The position numbers and the translations under genes were made by a program. This document shows positions 60,175 to 64,000 of a stretch of DNA of 64,000 bases, piece after piece. This DNA is from Xylographa opegraphella (taxonomy: Eukaryota). The stretch is taken from assembly GCA_022813865.1 (NCBI GenBank), contig JALDZX010000022.1, positions 248,001 to 312,000 on the forward strand. Direction: 5' to 3'. The stretch's first letter is position 1. Every line of letters begins with the position of its first letter. A model generated the notes under the pieces. That model saw only the letters and a list, made by a program, of their open reading frames with translations, was not told where the DNA came from and did no database searches.

Positions 60175-61518
60175 TCAATACTCCTCCCCATCCCCACCCA
60201 CCTCGACCTCCTCCATCTCGACCTCCACCCTCGTCCTCAGTGCCTCCTTCCCCTCCCTTATCATCGCCCTCAGCCGCTCGTTGAACCCCTGCAGCGCCCT
60301 CTCCTCCTCCTTCTCCCTCCTCCTCGCCCGCGCGGCAAACTTTTGCGCTTCCACGCTTATCGGACTGGCAGGCAAGTCTACCGCGTAGCCATCTGCTCCA
60401 ACCTCCGTGCCATACGACTGTGCCCGCTCATGTGCCTGCCGCTTCGGCGATGGGAGGGGCGATCTGGTGGAAGCGGAGCTGGCGGGTCGATTCGTGTGTG
60501 GGGAGTACGTCAGCGAGGGACGCGAAGCGGGGAGAACCGGACGGCGGAGGCCGGCGCGAGAGGCAGGGCGGCGCGCGGAGGGCGTGCTTGCTGAGGAGGG
60601 AAGTTTTCGGGCCGCGAGGCGGGACGGACTGGTTTCGCGCGACAAAGGGACATGCGATGGAACGAGGACCCAGCTGGAGGAGGGGGATGGTTTGGGTCGT
60701 TTGCTTGGGTGGGACATATACTCTGGTAGGAAGTCGGCGTCAGGAAAGCCGCCGGGGAGAGAAGTGGTGTGTGAGTGAGAGGTGGCGTCGAAGATGTGAG
60801 ATGTGGACGGGGATAAGTCTTGCCAAATGCTCGATTGGGTGGTCTGTATTGTCTGGGAGCAAGACGAGGAAGGCTGTGAACTCTGGCCATGCGAGCCTCC
60901 GGCGTAGAAGCCGTGGAACGCGCCTGCTTTGCAGAATTCCCACACTTTACCCGCGACGCCGCTCACGGCTGAGACGACGGCTTTTCCCCAGCCGTCGCTT
61001 GGTCGTGATTCGAATTGTGTGCGTGATCGTCCGTTTCTTTCACGAGCTAGGGCTGATGAAGTATCGCCGAAGTAGTCTTCTGGTGTATGGCGGCTGCCAT
61101 AGTTACGTCCTCCTCTTCTGAATGCGAGATCTGGTGTGCTAGCCGATGGATCAAACCCAGATGCCAACGCCGCGGAAGGGGTGTCAAGACCGCCAGCAAG
61201 TTTATAGCGAGTATTGACAAATGGCGGTGGGCTTATGATGCCCGACGCGTAGATTGCTGACGGCGGGCCGGACGGGATATTGGACCAGGCTCCAGTTGTG
61301 GAGCTGTAGGGTGTTGACTGATCAGACTGGAGCGAGTCATTTCGGGGACGTTTTCGAGCAACAGCATCGTCACTGTATCTATTGGATTCGGCGCTGGAGT
61401 AGTGCAGGGATTGTGCAGTGGAAGGAGTGTTCGGCGGTCTGAAGAGTTGCGCTTTCGGTCCGGTGTTGACATTGAGGTGAGGTGGTTGCGCAGTGTCGAA
61501 CAGCAGAGAACTCGCCAT
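60175..61518 (-). CDS. Conserved fungal hypothetical protein (Ser/Pro-rich, C-terminal coiled coil)
   Basis: 447-aa ORF with blocks PPPFVNTRYKLAGGLDTP, VAGKVWEFC..AFHGFYAGG and FNERLRAMIREGKEAL. Confidence 0.75.
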   Translation of the reverse strand: MASSLLFDTAQPPHLNVNTGPKAQLFRPPNTPSTAQSLHYSSAESNRYSDDAVARKRPRNDSLQSDQSTPYSSTTGAWSNIPSGPPSAIYASGIISPPPFVNTRYKLAGGLDTPSAALASGFDPSASTPDLAFRRGGRNYGSRHTPEDYFGDTSSALARERNGRSRTQFESRPSDGWGKAVVSAVSGVAGKVWEFCKAGAFHGFYAGGSHGQSSQPSSSCSQTIQTTQSSIWQDLSPSTSHIFDATSHSHTTSLPGGFPDADFLPEYMSHPSKRPKPSPSSSWVLVPSHVPLSRETSPSRLAARKLPSSASTPSARRPASRAGLRRPVLPASRPSLTYSPHTNRPASSASTRSPLPSPKRQAHERAQSYGTEVGADGYAVDLPASPISVEAQKFAARARRREKEEERALQGFNERLRAMIREGKEALRTRVEVEMEEVEVGGDGEEY

Positions 61519-62666
61519 GTTTAAGCGTAATTACTCGTCTGTATAGCTTTGAGAAGCTGCACAGTCTCGTCTTTGATGAAGACCCGATCCTTCAGTTGAC
61601 GCAGCTGAGACACAGCTACATGAATGTTGTAGCGCAAGGTGTGAGTTCTGGTCGATAAGCCTGCCTTGGCAACCCTATCTTAGTGGGAGACCATCCCCCG
61701 CCGGTTCATTTAGACGTCGTTCACTGTAATAATTCTCGCAGGTTGACAACATTGTTTATAGCATTCGTACGGGAATTTGATATTGAATGCGAGTGGCTAC
61801 TTAATGTCATGTATGCGGAGTACGCAGGACGATGAGGCTACGGAGTACTCATGATCCCGTTCAAAAACAATTTCTTGCATCCAACCTCTACGGACTTTTT
61901 TTACACTACCAACACTTTCTCCAATAAGCATACTCACCAAGTCATCAGATGGGCAGGTTGTCTCATCTAATATGTTTGTGAACAAAACTCGTAACTTTGA
62001 TCAGGATTTCATTCTCTAAATACTTGCTTCAGAAACACTTCCTCCTCTTTTCTCCAATTAATCTACAGTCAAAGGACACATTCACAAGTAAACGACGAGT
62101 ATCCGCACCTGGCGCTCGTTTGTACATATCTCCTTACCATCACCTTACAGTCGGATTCGGTAGCAATCGCGCACAATTATTGCATATGTAATGAGTGTAC
62201 GTGTCTGCCCAGCACGAGCGTTCACAATCTGGAAACGCACGGCAGGGAAAGAAGTCGATGCGGATACAGCCAGCTGTGCAGCAAAGAAAGAAACGGCATG
62301 CGTGGTAGAAAGTCCGGGTAATACACATGGCGGCGGTTATGGACCATAGATAACACAAGTAGGAGAGCGGTCACGGTTATATAGGGGTTTTCCACAAAAC
62401 GGAAGATAAGGCGCATTGTTAAAAGAAAATACCTTGGGTGAAAGGTAGACAAGGAGCATGTTTGAAGATCGGTCATAGAGGGCCGGTTATGTATGTGATT
62501 CATCTTGTACACAAAGAAGGATAACAGAGAGGGGAAAATGACTACGTTGACATTGTCCATAATCAAAGGAATGTTGCAACATTTCGTATTGCGCGTTGAA
62601 CGAGTGACGTAGTAGGACTCAAGTGAAGAGAACTGCGTAAATCTGACAATGCTATTATCCAGCGTA

Positions 62667-63660
62667 TAACAGCCTAACCCTATCCGGACATTTGCACGCC
62701 GCATATCGATCAAGTCGCAAACGGGTAAATTTGAAAGCACCGAAACCAGCTCGGAACGCCTTGATCTCTGGACGAGGCAAGAAAGTCCTCTGCTTGTCTT
62801 ATTCGGTAAGGTACAAGCGGCCCATACTTTGCATCAAGGTATCAATTTCGTCTGGTGTATTTCTGATGATTAGAGTTGACATTTGCGCCACCGCGACCTC
62901 CTCCTGTCTGGCCGTTGCGTTAAGTATCTGCATGACCAGTGCTCTGAGTTGTGCTTTGTAATTCTGAATAACCATCTCCACTGCGTGCAATGCCTCTAAC
63001 AAACTAGGTGTCTCTGCGCCAATAATCTGTTCGACAATTTCGCGCAACATATCGGTGTCGCCGTAAGTTTGTCGAGCTGGCACCGTTAGCTCTGGGTAGG
63101 TTGCTTCGCCACCAGCGGCAATGTCAGCGAGTTTGTCCTGGAGCTGCTGGATTTCGGTGGGGTAGTGTCGTATGTATGTCAATGCACCTCGAGCAACCCA
63201 GTCACGGTATCCTTTGATGTCCTCAGGAACGAGAACATCTACGTTGCATGGGAAGTGATCGAAAGACGGGTACCATGACCATACACCTTCATAGCTTCCT
63301 GGCAAAGAGGCACTGATGGATATATCGATTCGCATCAACGCAAGTAATTCTGCTTCTCCTTCGGACGCATTGCCGCTGTAGGCACTTAGCGCTCGGGCCA
63401 TATGTTCTGGATTTATGACCGAAAAGGACCGCGTGGAAGGGTGGTTGAGATCAGTACCGGTATATCGAGTCTCAAGTGTTTAGTTGACCTGCCCAGAGAA
63501 GATATATTGGAAACAACGTCAATTGACCTTCATATATTTTCAGAAATGTACAAGCTTTAGTGCTTACTTGAGGAGCGTAAGAAGAAAGAGTTGAGGGGTT
63601 CTTTATTCCGCATTGGGACTCGAGCCAAATCTTGCCAAACCTACAGAAAGTAAAGCCAAG
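62667..63660 (-). pseudogene. Orphan spliced gene or pseudogene of unknown family (boundaries uncertain)
   Basis: A 200-aa protein-like ORF (62799-63401) is bounded on both sides by in-frame TAA codons with open, plausible sequence beyond them. An upstream GTAAGC..CAG intron lies at about 63490-63567. Confidence 0.4.
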
Positions 63661-64000
63661 GGTCAGTTCCACAGAATTTAGAACAAAGCCACCATTACCC
63701 TGGATCCTACAGCCTGGACGCATTCAACTAGTAATTGATCGGCAAGAGTATTGTATTTGCAACCTATCGAGTGCATCGGCCAGCGTGGTGAGTACGCTTC
63801 GGTTGTTAGTGAGCGAAACCTTTTAGAGACGAAGAAAGAAATGTTGGAATATGAGCACAATTGAGATTCAGAACTCCTGGAAACTGGGGAATGTAGTTAT
63901 CGATAGCCACGATACATAGTGCTGTCCATCAAAACTCTTCGTAACCGCCTTTCGCTGGCTTACACATATGCGGAGAAGCGGATCCGGAACGCCGTGACCT

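Noticed and set aside
62222..62740. 172-aa ORF ending in -SRL, a possible PTS1
   Set aside because: No ATG at the predicted start and the true frame is unclear in a decayed region, so the tripeptide is likely coincidental.
1..64000. tRNA, rRNA, TPP riboswitch, CRISPR array, intact transposon, or TGA-CTA readthrough at annotated stops
   Set aside because: None recognised by eye. tRNAscan-SE, Infernal/Rfam and a repeat search would be needed to exclude divergent cases.

Overview
Gene-dense, intron-rich DNA from a filamentous ascomycete (Pezizomycotina). This assignment is inferred from short GT-AG introns with CTRAC-like branch sites and from the gene set. About 30 protein-coding loci are present, mostly housekeeping genes: Rad4-family, HNT2, PSF2, GDI1, MRPL4, NOT2, SEC27, myosin light chain, AN1 Zn-finger, ATP19, MTP18, STR3, MSP1 and CSM1. 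Other loci encode a Clr5/TPR-like protein, an intracellular LysM protein, a Zn2Cys6 regulator, a Pth11-like membrane protein and a penDE-like (peptidase C45) acyltransferase. Decayed or orphan sequence sits at about 22.6-23.3 kb (disabled HeLo-like/STAND N-terminal gene), 31.9-41 kb and 61.8-63.7 kb. I recognised no tRNA, rRNA, CRISPR array or intact transposon. The most unusual signals are (i) recurring GC-rich islands that switch from C/A-rich to G/T-rich regardless of gene strand, (ii) a 6x21-bp heptad expansion in mitoribosomal MRPL4, and (iii) two cryptic regulatory layouts in NOT2 introns. All calls were made by eye without database searches, and exon boundaries are manual predictions.
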